A stretch of DNA of 64,000 nt, taken from Mitosporidium daphniae (taxonomy: Eukaryota). The translations under genes were made by a program, and so were the position numbers. The DNA lies in NCBI RefSeq assembly GCF_000760515.2, contig NW_013546154.1:1-64000 (forward strand), written 5' to 3'. Below, piece after piece: positions 10,428 to 20,496 of this stretch (its first letter is position 1; every line of letters starts with the position of its first letter). Below the pieces are notes generated by a model, which saw only the letters and a program-made list of their open reading frames with translations, did not search any database and was not told the origin of the DNA.

Positions 10428-12500
10428 CTAAGCATGAAAAAGCAATGCAGAGGCAAGCCAAGTCAATTGGGGCTCTGAGTCAACGGCATGTGCACTGATT
10501 TGGTCACCCCCACATGGCCGTTCACCTTGTACTAACGGGGCTTTTGTGAGCTCATAGCCGCTGTAGATTTGGCGGATCATCTCGGACTGTTCAACATGAG
10601 AAAGACCACAGCATGATGCTCGGAGAAGCTTTGTGATTCTGGGATACGTTTGACACTTGAGCTCATCAATCGTGCCCACGAGATAGTCAACAAAGATCAA
10701 TGAGGAAAACAATTCCCTCTCAAGCTGCAAAGTGAGTGCAGATGAAAGAGACCTACTATTTGGTACATGTACAAACGGCTGGTCACTTTGAGTATGCAGT
10801 GAGGCTTCATAGACAGCCCCCTGATGGCCTCTCGAGATATTGCCGTTAAAAAAACGTTCCAAGTGGATAAAGAGGAACAGAAGAACAGGAAGGGCAACAG
10901 CAGGTCCATGGCATATAGCTAATTCTACAATAAATACACCAATTTTACCCTCAAGAAGGACAAGCTCGGAAGTGACGGATGAAATAAGCGGATGTCCAAT
11001 CCTATGGTTGAGCCAGCAAAAGAGCACGATGAGTTCCATATCGGTGGCAATAGGGATGGACATCAGAAGCTGTTCCAATATTTCAATCGGAAGTGAGGAG
11101 AGCGAAGAATCTTTTGAACGTTTGGAGTTCAGGAGACTTTTTTTAGGAATCGGCGTCTCCATTGAAGGGAAATAGTCCATGAGCACGCTGAGGAATTCGT
11201 AGCGCACCCCTATTGTATCGGTGGAAGTTGGCCCGTTGTTCGGCCAACTAGACCGCAAAAGCTCGATTACAAAGAATGGAAGAATAGGTGTACTCCACAC
11301 CTTATAAAGAAGATCCCGTGATAGGGTTGGAAACTCCATTAGCCTGTCACCTGGGCTCAGAATCCATGAAGCATAGTGGCAACAATGGCCCAGGGAGATT
11401 CCAAGTGGTAATGATAAGCCTTTCTCAAAACTGTGCCGATCGTTGCAGAGTATGAGCCAGAAAATTGAATCCACAAGCCACTCTGAAGGCCGCGTCAAAG
11501 TGTGCAAAGAAAAGGCGCTATTTACGGCCAATTGGTCCTTTGCGGCCGACCCGGGTTGTAAAAGGGCTTCTTTCGAAAAGGGAGACATTGTGAGAAGGCT
11601 CATTATGCCATCCAATAGACGTGCAGAAGTAGGCAGCCGAAAGCGAAGGTAAATCCGAAGCAATTCTGCGTCCATAGATGCAACAAGCGACAATAATGAA
11701 TGCAGCAAAGCACCGCCGACTTTTAAATGTGCATCTTGATGAAACACTAGCACTAGCATCAAAATAAACCGCTCCAGCTTGATTGGCCGCCCCAGCAGTG
11801 CTAGCAAAGTCTCTGCCCAATGCGCCTCAAATGTAAACCCATCCTTCACACACGCAAGGAGCATTTGTAGAAAGTGTTCGCATCCATAGGGAGCGTCAGA
11901 AAGACATTCCGAAATTCCATTTGTTAATTTTGGAGAGCATTCGGGGCTTTCATGTTGGAGCTTTTGGGAGCATTTAGCATTCTCGATTACTGATTCCGTA
12001 AGCATGTCGATATATAAAAAAGGCTGCTGGTCTAACTTGGAGGTGACTTTAGAAAGCATGCGTGCAATTATGGGCCCATCATTAAAAAAGGCTTCACTGA
12101 ATCCACTGGAAGGTCCGTTTTGCAGGAAAAAGGTGTCGATGTGCAGCTTTTCATCGTTGATGCTAGCGTTTGTACACCTTGAGCTGATTTGCTGCGAAAA
12201 TGCGGACAGAAAAAATTCATGGGAAAATGACAAAGGGTAAGGGCTTTCTACAGCAACGGCTTCCCCTCTGTGTTCTTCTTCCAGTGTAAAAATATTGGTG
12301 AGATTTAAGGATGACTCCGAATTTTCTATTGGTTCGACACCGCTTGCATGATCATGCAAAAGACCCCCAAACTCATTGAGCAAAGAAGGAAAATTGATCC
12401 ACATGTGCGTAAGGTTTTCCAGTAAATCGGAAGGTTTCGCCCCATTCTTAAGATGGTCATAAATACTTTTTAGGATATCATCTTCCAAAAGCAAATCCAT
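10428..12500 (-). CDS. Helical protein with probable NELF-C/D (TH1-like) homology
   Basis: 690-aa intronless ORF. The N-terminus DLLLEDDILKSIYDHLKNGAKPSDLLENLTHMW and the C-terminal FIVELAICH...LQLERELFSSLIFV resemble remembered TH1/NELF-C/D segments. Confidence 0.6.
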   Translation of the reverse strand: MDLLLEDDILKSIYDHLKNGAKPSDLLENLTHMWINFPSLLNEFGGLLHDHASGVEPIENSESSLNLTNIFTLEEEHRGEAVAVESPYPLSFSHEFFLSAFSQQISSRCTNASINDEKLHIDTFFLQNGPSSGFSEAFFNDGPIIARMLSKVTSKLDQQPFLYIDMLTESVIENAKCSQKLQHESPECSPKLTNGISECLSDAPYGCEHFLQMLLACVKDGFTFEAHWAETLLALLGRPIKLERFILMLVLVFHQDAHLKVGGALLHSLLSLVASMDAELLRIYLRFRLPTSARLLDGIMSLLTMSPFSKEALLQPGSAAKDQLAVNSAFSLHTLTRPSEWLVDSIFWLILCNDRHSFEKGLSLPLGISLGHCCHYASWILSPGDRLMEFPTLSRDLLYKVWSTPILPFFVIELLRSSWPNNGPTSTDTIGVRYEFLSVLMDYFPSMETPIPKKSLLNSKRSKDSSLSSLPIEILEQLLMSIPIATDMELIVLFCWLNHRIGHPLISSVTSELVLLEGKIGVFIVELAICHGPAVALPVLLFLFIHLERFFNGNISRGHQGAVYEASLHTQSDQPFVHVPNSRSLSSALTLQLERELFSSLIFVDYLVGTIDELKCQTYPRITKLLRASCCGLSHVEQSEMIRQIYSGYELTKAPLVQGERPCGGDQISAHAVDSEPQLTWLASALLFHA

Positions 12501-14245
12501 TGCCTATCCAAACAATAAAAAGCGAAAGTTTAAATTTATTACTGCCCTGCCTATCATGTAGTTCGTCAAACTGCTCGTTGATTTCGTATGGCTTCTTGCG
12601 TCCTCAAATGTGCCCATTCTGAATTTTTAAAATCTTGCATCTACTGAAAAGCCAACAAATGCACAACTTGTTTATAAAGGAAGATTTTCAAATTTTGCTT
12701 GTAATGTGGCTAAATGTGGAACGGCTTCATGCGGAGTCCAGAATTTTGGTACCGTTGTGCAGATTTATCAAAAATGCAAATCCATTGTTTTTCGCTGCTA
12801 ATTTTCGATCAAAAGTGGCTCCATTCTTTTTGATAAGGAAGTTTGTCACCCTAATTTAGAGAAGGTGTCAACGCAAGTTAGAGAGATCTACTTTTCAAAA
12901 CTGGATTAAAAATGTTTGTCCAGCCTCAAAAATAGCATCTAAAAGTGACGATTTTAGCTTCCGCGTGAAAAGAAGTCTAAAAATAGCGATCAAAGTGTCG
13001 ATGGCGAAAAGGCCCGATCCGCAAATCTGGGTGACATACCCAGTGGCCCCTCTTTTTAAATCTGAAATTTAAATTTGGCCTTCACATTGAATTGTGAAAT
13101 GCTGATCTCTTTCTTCATCGCTTTGGGGCCTTCCATGATAAAATGATCCTGCAACCCTGCATTAGTGTAGATGAGTCGACAAATAGCGATAGTCAAAAGA
13201 GACGATTGAATGTGCCCAATTTTTAATGTCTCCTCAAACAACGGAACGGCAGATGCGAATGCAATTCCAGATCCAGCGAAACAAAAGGGTTGGACGCTTC
13301 ATTGGTTATGGTGTATCCAAATTTAGCAAAAAAAACCTTCGGACACATAAGTTTAGCGCACGATTGCTGTGAATCTGGGCGTGAAAGTGACTGTTATGCT
13401 TGCTAAAGTCCATGTGTTGAGATTGATAATATCGACCGATCAAAATATCGACCACCGATAACCAGCTATTTGTTTGTATTTCAAAGCGGATAATAGACAT
13501 GACTGGCAACCCCAAGAAATAAAAGCACTTATCACGGTATCTTATGACCTTTATTAGCGCTACCAACCGTCAATTTTACACTTTTAAATGCAGAGCCTAC
13601 GTTGTCAAAGCATCTGCCATCCACCACAAAAGAGGGCCTCAAGGAACTTTCAGCTACTTCAAAACTTTACCAAAAACGCTGGGGAGAATCAAGCTGCTGA
13701 GCCAATTTCAAAGGGCGGTCCATTGCAGAACGTTCCTATCGAGCCTTTTCACCGGGCCGGAAATTCGCTGTGGCATAAAAGCCTTTACAAGCGAGGATGT
13801 ATGTGACGGTCGAAGAGATGTGTTGAGCAGCCCATTTACACATTGACGTCAATTTGAATCAAAAAGATGCCGATGTGAAAACTCAGCATCAAGGCCAGTT
13901 TAATGTAACGCTGGGTTATTAGCTATTCAATAGCAGATCCAAAGGCAGTTCGGTTTGTAAAGGGATTGAATGTAAACACGACGCCTCCTCGATGCTGCTG
14001 CCAAGCTGGCAAATGATATCAAGAACATTGGGTCTCCAGTTTCAATTTCCCAAATAATGTCTCTGCTTGATAGTTTGCGGCCTATTCTTGCAGGGTATTT
14101 ATCAACTATCCTACACCGCGCTACTTGGGCCTATTTGCACTCCTCTATGGCTTGTTAATGTGTTGCATCTTTGCGCTACTGGTAGACTGTCCATTAACTG
14201 TGCAAACATGAAAATTTCAAAATTAGCGCCAGTGAATTAATATTT

Positions 14246-17200
14246 CTAAGCCCACATGAGACGGAAGCGCCTGAAAAAGGTTAGGTAAAGGTCGGAAATG
14301 GCGAGTTTTGCTGCTTCGCTGGCAACGGGCTCTCGCTGTGCCATCTGGTGCAGCTGTGCAAGAAAGTTGCTGAACTCGTTGAGCTCATACCAAAGCGCCA
14401 TTTCAGAGATGTGGTATAAGGAGTGGATGCGCTCAACATCGGCATGCAAAAAGTAATCCCAAACATACCCGGAAATGAAAACATCCGGCGGTATTGTGTG
14501 AAACGGCATCGCCAGCATCAGCATCGAAGGTAAGTTCACGCTAGCAGATGCGGTATCGCGATCAACACTGCTGCCAATTATAGTCTTCCCAAGAATAAGA
14601 GCCCCGCGGTGGAAACTGTCGGGGCGCGTTGCTATTTTAGAGTCCCCCATTAGCGTATCACAGTATGCAATCAGGTCGCTTTGTAGAGTGCTCTCCATCT
14701 CGGGCGAATGGAGAGGCGGAAGAACAACAAGCTCAGCAGGCACATTAAATGAAGCAGCAGGCAAATAACGAAGCTGTACAAACCGACAAAGAAAGAGCAA
14801 CAATTCCTTCACCGTGGCATCTGGGGCGCGTTCATAATCGTTTGAGAGAAGGTCAATCCACCCCAGGCGCATCAGATGGCTCACAATGATTGACGCTGGC
14901 ATTTGCGAAGGAAGGAGCAGCGGCAGACGAGCATAAACTGTTGGAGCCATCAGCTTCCCCTCGTTGATGGAAGTGAGGAATCCTAAACGTTCCAGTGCAC
15001 ACGCCAAGCGGAAAAAATGGGAGGCTAGAACGGGTGTAATGCTCTTTTCGGTTGCTTTTCCATGTGAGGCTAGAACGGGTGTAATGCTTTTTTCGGTTGC
15101 TTTTCCATGTGAGGCCTGTTCGCCACTAGTTAATCCCAGCAGAGAGAGTGGCGAGGAAAGGAATCGCTCTAAAAAGAGCTGCTTGGAGATTCCTTCCTTG
15201 CCTTTAGAGGCCATGTGGAAGGCCTGAAGTACCATGGCAGCATTGAGAGACGAGGCAGCATCCGTCCGTATGGACGGTATTGTCGATGTCTGAAGATTAT
15301 CAAGACGATTCTTGGGCATTCCCCAAAAAATGACGTGCCCCAAGGCGTCATAGTTGCGCCGTCCGGCGCGACCAGAAGCCTGCCGAAAGTCAATGGGCGT
15401 CAAAGAAGTCGATGTGGAGCCGGCAAAAATGACACTCTTGCATGGCATGTTAATTCCAAGCGCAAGCGTGGCGCCGGCAATCACCACCTGTAAATGTCTC
15501 AATCGGAACAAATGCTCCACCAACGAAAGATACCGTTTGGGAACACCTCTGTGGTGCACCCCAATTCCACGATAAAGGCCACGAAATAGGACCTTCTCCA
15601 CAGGGGATGTCATGGCTCGTGCAACGCCTTGGGCATCAATAAGCTCCCCGAGCTCTATGTCGCTTATTTTCCAACGCTGATCGTAGAAAACAAACTCGGG
15701 ATCTGGGCCTTGTGTACGCATCAAAGCAGCCATCAGGTCAGAAATTGACTCGGCCTCCATGGATTCTTCGATCCACGAATCTTTGGATGTTTTTTTTTCT
15801 GCATCGCGAACACGACGAGAGGCTCGTTGGCTACGCTCAAGCGCCGACATACGTAGGCGCTCTTCGCGCAAGTGGCGAGAATGCTTTACGGCTTCCGCAT
15901 GCTCCAGGCTTTCAATGATGTGAACGGCAAGTCGATTGCAGAAAGAGCGGTCAAAGTGGAAAATAATGGCAGGAAGGCGATCCTCCACACTTAACTCTGT
16001 CAGCAGCGGCATCACAGAGCCCATCAAATAGTTTTCATAGGTAATAGGAAACGAAGCTCCATCGTTCACTTGAGAAGGTAAATCTTCTGTTTCGTGCAGC
16101 GCTTGTTGATGCAAAGCAGAAAGAGCGTCGTTTCCAAGTGCCTTCTGAATCTGTAAAAAGTCTGTTTTTGTGATTGTGCGCTCATAAATGCACCCACGAA
16201 TCCAATTCATCAAATTTCTTGAATACGCTCGTAAATCAGAGCGGCGAATTCGAAGTCGCTCAGTAAAACACGGCATTTTTTCGTAATCAAGTTCGGCTGG
16301 CAGCTGCGCCCGAAACTTTCCTGTCTTGAATACGTCTGCAAGTCGGACCGAGTCTCCAGACAGCAAGTAAAAGTCTGGGGGAAGTTGACGATCAAAGTCA
16401 TCCATGGATAAAGAGAGCAGCTGGTGCCAAAGTAGGATCCGCCCGTCTCCGCCCATTCGGCGGCGTACGGAGAGCAATGATGAGGTGGATGCCAAATTTT
16501 GACTCTCAACAGCGTCATGATCCTGATTTTCGTCATTGCTTTCCTTCGTTTGAGCAATCTCCTTTTTCAAGAGATTTTGTCTCTCTGTTGGCCCAACAGA
16601 CCCGCTAAAAATGTGATATTGGAGGTCTGAATATCTCTCGGCATGATCGATAAGGCGGCATTGAATGCCAGCACGCTCTTGAATGGTCGAAAGCCATTTG
16701 AAAAAAGCCTCTTTGTTTCCTACAGTAGCTGAGAGAGCAAGAACTGGTGCTCTGGAGGTCATCAAAATTTTCTCCCAAGAGCCACTTTTACCCTCTTCGG
16801 AGATGGTGTGAATCTCGTCAAGAATGACGTATTCGACCCGGTTGAAAAAAGACTCTTCATAAAGAGGCGACGTGATAAACCGCTCAATCACTTCAGGAAA
16901 AGTGACCAAAATCTGGGCATCCCACGCATGGAACACCTCCAGATCGGTGAGATATCCCAACAATCGAGAGGCGCTGTTCTTTGGATATTGCTTGTGTTTG
17001 AAGCGCGCATACACATCAGCCACAACCTGGTCCATCAATGCCTTGTTTGGAGCCACATAGAGAACAACACCTGTGTCTGAACGCCGGAGCACTCTTTCCA
17101 TGGCATAGTAGCAAATGAATGTCTTTCCAGAAGAAGTAGGTGCCGATATGAGAGCAGAATGGCCCTCGTCGACTGCGTCAAGCAGTTCAACCTGCCAGGG

Positions 17201-18808
17201 ATCGGGGCGGAATCGGACACGTGGATCCACCACAGGACCCTCATTAGCGGCATCACTTCGCAGAGCCAAATGCCCACAAAAGAGAAGCTGGAAGCGCACA
17301 TAGGAATGACGCACCTTGTATTTACCGACCTCCCGACTTGCTCGAACAAGGGCGCTCTCCATCGCTTTGATGACATCTTTTTTAGAAAAAGTTTTGGAAG
17401 CCCACTCGATGATGAACTTGGAGCCTGCATCTAAAAATCCAAATAGCGCAAAGGAAGGAAGAATAACGGCCTCCAGTTGAGAAGGCGTTAGAGCCGCCAG
17501 AAGCGAGGTTTCTTGTTCACAACCGCTGTCAATGATTTCAAATAGCACTTCAAAAAGAGCGATGGCATGCACAAAGTCTGCATCTTTGGTGGAGGTTGCA
17601 AGATCAGAAGATCTGTTCAAAACGTTGCTCCTCCAAGCATCGCCAAAAATCCGAAGCTTTTCCAAAAGCATCGACACGTATATTGCCGGTGACGAGGTTT
17701 CGCGATCGATCCGCAACTGATCTAGGATGGCTAACTTGGAATCGATCGTTCGACTCGTAGAACAGCTCTCTCTTGCCACAGCAAGGATTTTTTGCTGACG
17801 AACCAAATCTGCCTCCATCAAACGACGGGTGTTTTCTTGCTTCATCAATTCTGCCTTTGAAAGTGACTTTTTGATGCCACTTTTTGCATGAGAAGGCTTC
17901 TTTTTTTCACTGCCCTTTGTGACTGGATCGTCCGAACGAAGGACTTGATTGAAGCAGGAAGAAGCGCCGTGGAGTGAACTTGCGTATGTGCTGATACGGG
18001 TCATGATTCGCTGTTCTCGCCTTCGCTCTTGCTGCTCCGGAGTGAATCGATGCGAAAAAGTAGTCAAAGCGGATATTTGATCCTCTTTTTCAATGTTTGG
18101 GTCAAGATCATCCGTCACTTGCTGATAAATCTTGCCATTGTGCGACGAGGTGGACGAGATCTTTTTCAAAGAGGTCTCCAACTCTTCCATGGAGGAAGTG
18201 TTTTCAAGACAAGCAGAAATGGATTGCCGATGGCCCTCTAATTTGCGAATCTCGACTTCTTCTAAAGGAAGAGGTCCATCGAGGTTCTTGTCGTCATACA
18301 TGGTCAGATATCTCGGATCGGCGGGCATGGTAAAGCAATAAAGACGCTCTCCAATCAAAAAGGAGCGCTCTGAAAGGATTGCAATGGTGATTCCGGCTTG
18401 AATGGCTTGTTTCACGTGCGAAGTTGACTGAACAGATATGATGAGAGGACAAGTGGAGGCATGTTTGCTCAAAAGCTTGACGTCGTTTGGATTTCCTCTG
18501 GAGAGGCAAAGCGATTGGACGCCACTAGAGGCATCCTTAAATGCATCGATAAATACATTAATCTCTTCGATTGTAACGTCTGGATGTGGATCCTCTGGGC
18601 ATGGCACTAAAAGCCTTAAATGGGAGAGGCCATTCAAGGCGAGCTGACGGGCAAGAATGGAAGATGCGCAAGATAGGGATACATTTTTTCTGGTCACATT
18701 CTTTTTAATAAAACAGATAATGGATGCTGTCACTACCAAAGACGTGGATCCCCCAAAGTACTTTCCAATATCGACATAATCAAAGTGCTCCTGAAAAGTA
18801 GAATCCAT
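14246..18808 (-). CDS. DDX60: DDX60-like Ski2-family DExH RNA helicase
   Basis: DPRVRFRPDPWQVELLDAVD, APTSSGKTF, YVAPNKAL, DEIH, LSAT, ERYSDLQ, RGIGVHH, TLALGINMPCKSV, QASGRAGRR; 1520 aa, intronless. Confidence 0.9.
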   Translation of the reverse strand: MDSTFQEHFDYVDIGKYFGGSTSLVVTASIICFIKKNVTRKNVSLSCASSILARQLALNGLSHLRLLVPCPEDPHPDVTIEEINVFIDAFKDASSGVQSLCLSRGNPNDVKLLSKHASTCPLIISVQSTSHVKQAIQAGITIAILSERSFLIGERLYCFTMPADPRYLTMYDDKNLDGPLPLEEVEIRKLEGHRQSISACLENTSSMEELETSLKKISSTSSHNGKIYQQVTDDLDPNIEKEDQISALTTFSHRFTPEQQERRREQRIMTRISTYASSLHGASSCFNQVLRSDDPVTKGSEKKKPSHAKSGIKKSLSKAELMKQENTRRLMEADLVRQQKILAVARESCSTSRTIDSKLAILDQLRIDRETSSPAIYVSMLLEKLRIFGDAWRSNVLNRSSDLATSTKDADFVHAIALFEVLFEIIDSGCEQETSLLAALTPSQLEAVILPSFALFGFLDAGSKFIIEWASKTFSKKDVIKAMESALVRASREVGKYKVRHSYVRFQLLFCGHLALRSDAANEGPVVDPRVRFRPDPWQVELLDAVDEGHSALISAPTSSGKTFICYYAMERVLRRSDTGVVLYVAPNKALMDQVVADVYARFKHKQYPKNSASRLLGYLTDLEVFHAWDAQILVTFPEVIERFITSPLYEESFFNRVEYVILDEIHTISEEGKSGSWEKILMTSRAPVLALSATVGNKEAFFKWLSTIQERAGIQCRLIDHAERYSDLQYHIFSGSVGPTERQNLLKKEIAQTKESNDENQDHDAVESQNLASTSSLLSVRRRMGGDGRILLWHQLLSLSMDDFDRQLPPDFYLLSGDSVRLADVFKTGKFRAQLPAELDYEKMPCFTERLRIRRSDLRAYSRNLMNWIRGCIYERTITKTDFLQIQKALGNDALSALHQQALHETEDLPSQVNDGASFPITYENYLMGSVMPLLTELSVEDRLPAIIFHFDRSFCNRLAVHIIESLEHAEAVKHSRHLREERLRMSALERSQRASRRVRDAEKKTSKDSWIEESMEAESISDLMAALMRTQGPDPEFVFYDQRWKISDIELGELIDAQGVARAMTSPVEKVLFRGLYRGIGVHHRGVPKRYLSLVEHLFRLRHLQVVIAGATLALGINMPCKSVIFAGSTSTSLTPIDFRQASGRAGRRNYDALGHVIFWGMPKNRLDNLQTSTIPSIRTDAASSLNAAMVLQAFHMASKGKEGISKQLFLERFLSSPLSLLGLTSGEQASHGKATEKSITPVLASHGKATEKSITPVLASHFFRLACALERLGFLTSINEGKLMAPTVYARLPLLLPSQMPASIIVSHLMRLGWIDLLSNDYERAPDATVKELLLFLCRFVQLRYLPAASFNVPAELVVLPPLHSPEMESTLQSDLIAYCDTLMGDSKIATRPDSFHRGALILGKTIIGSSVDRDTASASVNLPSMLMLAMPFHTIPPDVFISGYVWDYFLHADVERIHSLYHISEMALWYELNEFSNFLAQLHQMAQREPVASEAAKLAISDLYLTFFRRFRLMWA
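15021..15115. repeat. 45-bp in-frame tandem duplication inside the DDX60-like gene (ASHGKATEKSITPVL x2)
   Basis: Copies at 15021-15065 and 15066-15110 differ at one base. Confidence 0.95.
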
Positions 18809-18967
18809 AAAATTGTAAAATGCAAACTCTAACTTGTGCGCAAATTCAGCATTAAATTTTCAATTTAACACATCCAACATGCAGTAGGTAGACCCTCCTC
18901 AATTGGCGGGATCATCCGACCCCCCCCCCCCATTGCAAGAGATGACAAGCGAAATTCCTTTTGCTTG

Positions 18968-18995
18968 CATGTTTGTGCGCGAGCGCACAAACATG
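18968..18995. repeat. Perfect 13-bp inverted repeat CATGTTTGTGCGC-GA-GCGCACAAACATG
   Basis: Arms 18968-18980 and 18983-18995 are exact reverse complements. Confidence 0.9.
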
Positions 18996-19399
18996 TCCAA
19001 CAAACACTTGCTGTTCTCAGTGATAGGCAGTGGGGTCCAACTTATTATTAAACTTGACCATTGGTATGCACAAACTGTACGGTTCCCAAAATAAACAAAA
19101 ACAAAACCAAATGTACACATCAAACTGCATTGCAAGTGGGCCAGCCGAAAAAATCCAAACATTTACAAAGTTGTGCAAAATAGTCGACTGGTAGAATTGG
19201 CCCCCCCCCAAAGTTTATCTCACAATTGCAAAAAGCAAGATAGGTCTCGGGATCAAACGAAACGCAATACTAAGGGAGCCTCTGAAAATTTTTAACACAC
19301 ATGCTAAAAGGCACTTATTGAAGACGCGCCTTTCCAAACGGTGGCCATTAGGATAAAGATTCACTGAAATTACAATTTTAATGAAAAGGGGTTTCTCCC

Positions 19400-20241
19400 C
19401 TAAATGGACATTGAAGACCTCAAAGATTCCAGCTCGTCTTCAACAGAGCGGTATTTCTTTGTACCCATGGGATTATCTAAAAAGTTAACAGATGCTCGCA
19501 TTACTGCCTTCAATATTATTGAAGCTCGGAAGCTCAAGCTTTTCAGAGGGAGCACCTTCCCTGATTGCAAGAAGCTTCTCATCTAATTGCTCTTGCTGCA
19601 GTAAAGCAAGCTCATTTTCTAGCTCTTGCTGGCCGGTTACAAAAGCTACCCATACCTCATTTGCATCTAAGGCCAGTCCTATAGGCTGCGACACAGCCAA
19701 CGAGATTTCAGAAGCAATGTCAATTTGCTCCCGAATATCCTCCATTGTAGAGTCAACATTGCCGATGCTTCTAATAAACCAATTAATCATTGGGCTAATC
19801 TCACAATGCGCCATGTATGGATTTCATCGCTTCGGATCCTGCCTTCATCACTTGCATGACCTAAAAAAAGGACACCCCAATACCTCGAGATTGATGTGGG
19901 CATTTTCGATTGTCATCACCTGTGATTCCAAAGTTGTTATGGTTCCTGCGATTTTTTCTAACTCGGCCTCGAGCGAATGTTTTTTCTTCAAAGCAAGCAT
20001 TGCAACTAGATAACGATCAGGACAAAGCCTCCACAATACCTCGCTTATTTTTTGTGGCATTATCTCTGGCAATTTCCAGTTCATTCTCGATCTTTTTATA
20101 GATGTATTTTTCCTTTTTTTCTAGCTCAACTATCATGTCCTTTAGCTTTGAAATGGCCTCTGTGGGGCTTGTGGAGCTTTGAGCACCCATGATGGTGCTG
20201 CTTCCGGTCAATGAAAACCGAGAGAAGAACCCAGAGAACAT
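19400..20241 (-). CDS. SNF7: ESCRT-III subunit Snf7/Vps32/CHMP4 (about 5 introns)
   Basis: EAISKL...LEKKEKY, ATKNKR|VAMLALKKK, LESQVMTIENAHINLE, VDSTMEDIREQ...EIS.AVSQP, acidic C-terminus. Confidence 0.92.
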
Positions 20242-20290
20242 TTCAAATAAAATTGAAGCAAATTTTAATGTTTAATTTTGGCCAAAGGCA

Positions 20291-20417
20291 AGTGTGTAGA
20301 TGATGAGTATCACCCGTATTGTCAATTGGGCATATAAAAAGCCAGCAAAGGGTTGCGCCCTCAATTTATTTGACAATCTATTGTTGCCCCAAAAGGGTCC
20401 AAGGGTTACACCACTGA
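20291..20417 (+). ncRNA. Candidate structured ncRNA / box C/D snoRNA
   Basis: ATGATGA at 20300-20306, CTGA at 20414-20417, and an internal stem ATTGTCAA/TTGACAAT (20318-20325 with 20370-20377). Confidence 0.35.
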
Positions 20418-20496
20418 TAATTCAATTGTAAATTTTAATTTGTATTTTGTAATTTGACCCCTCCCCTAAAAAGTTTATTTCTCTGCGACTAATCAA

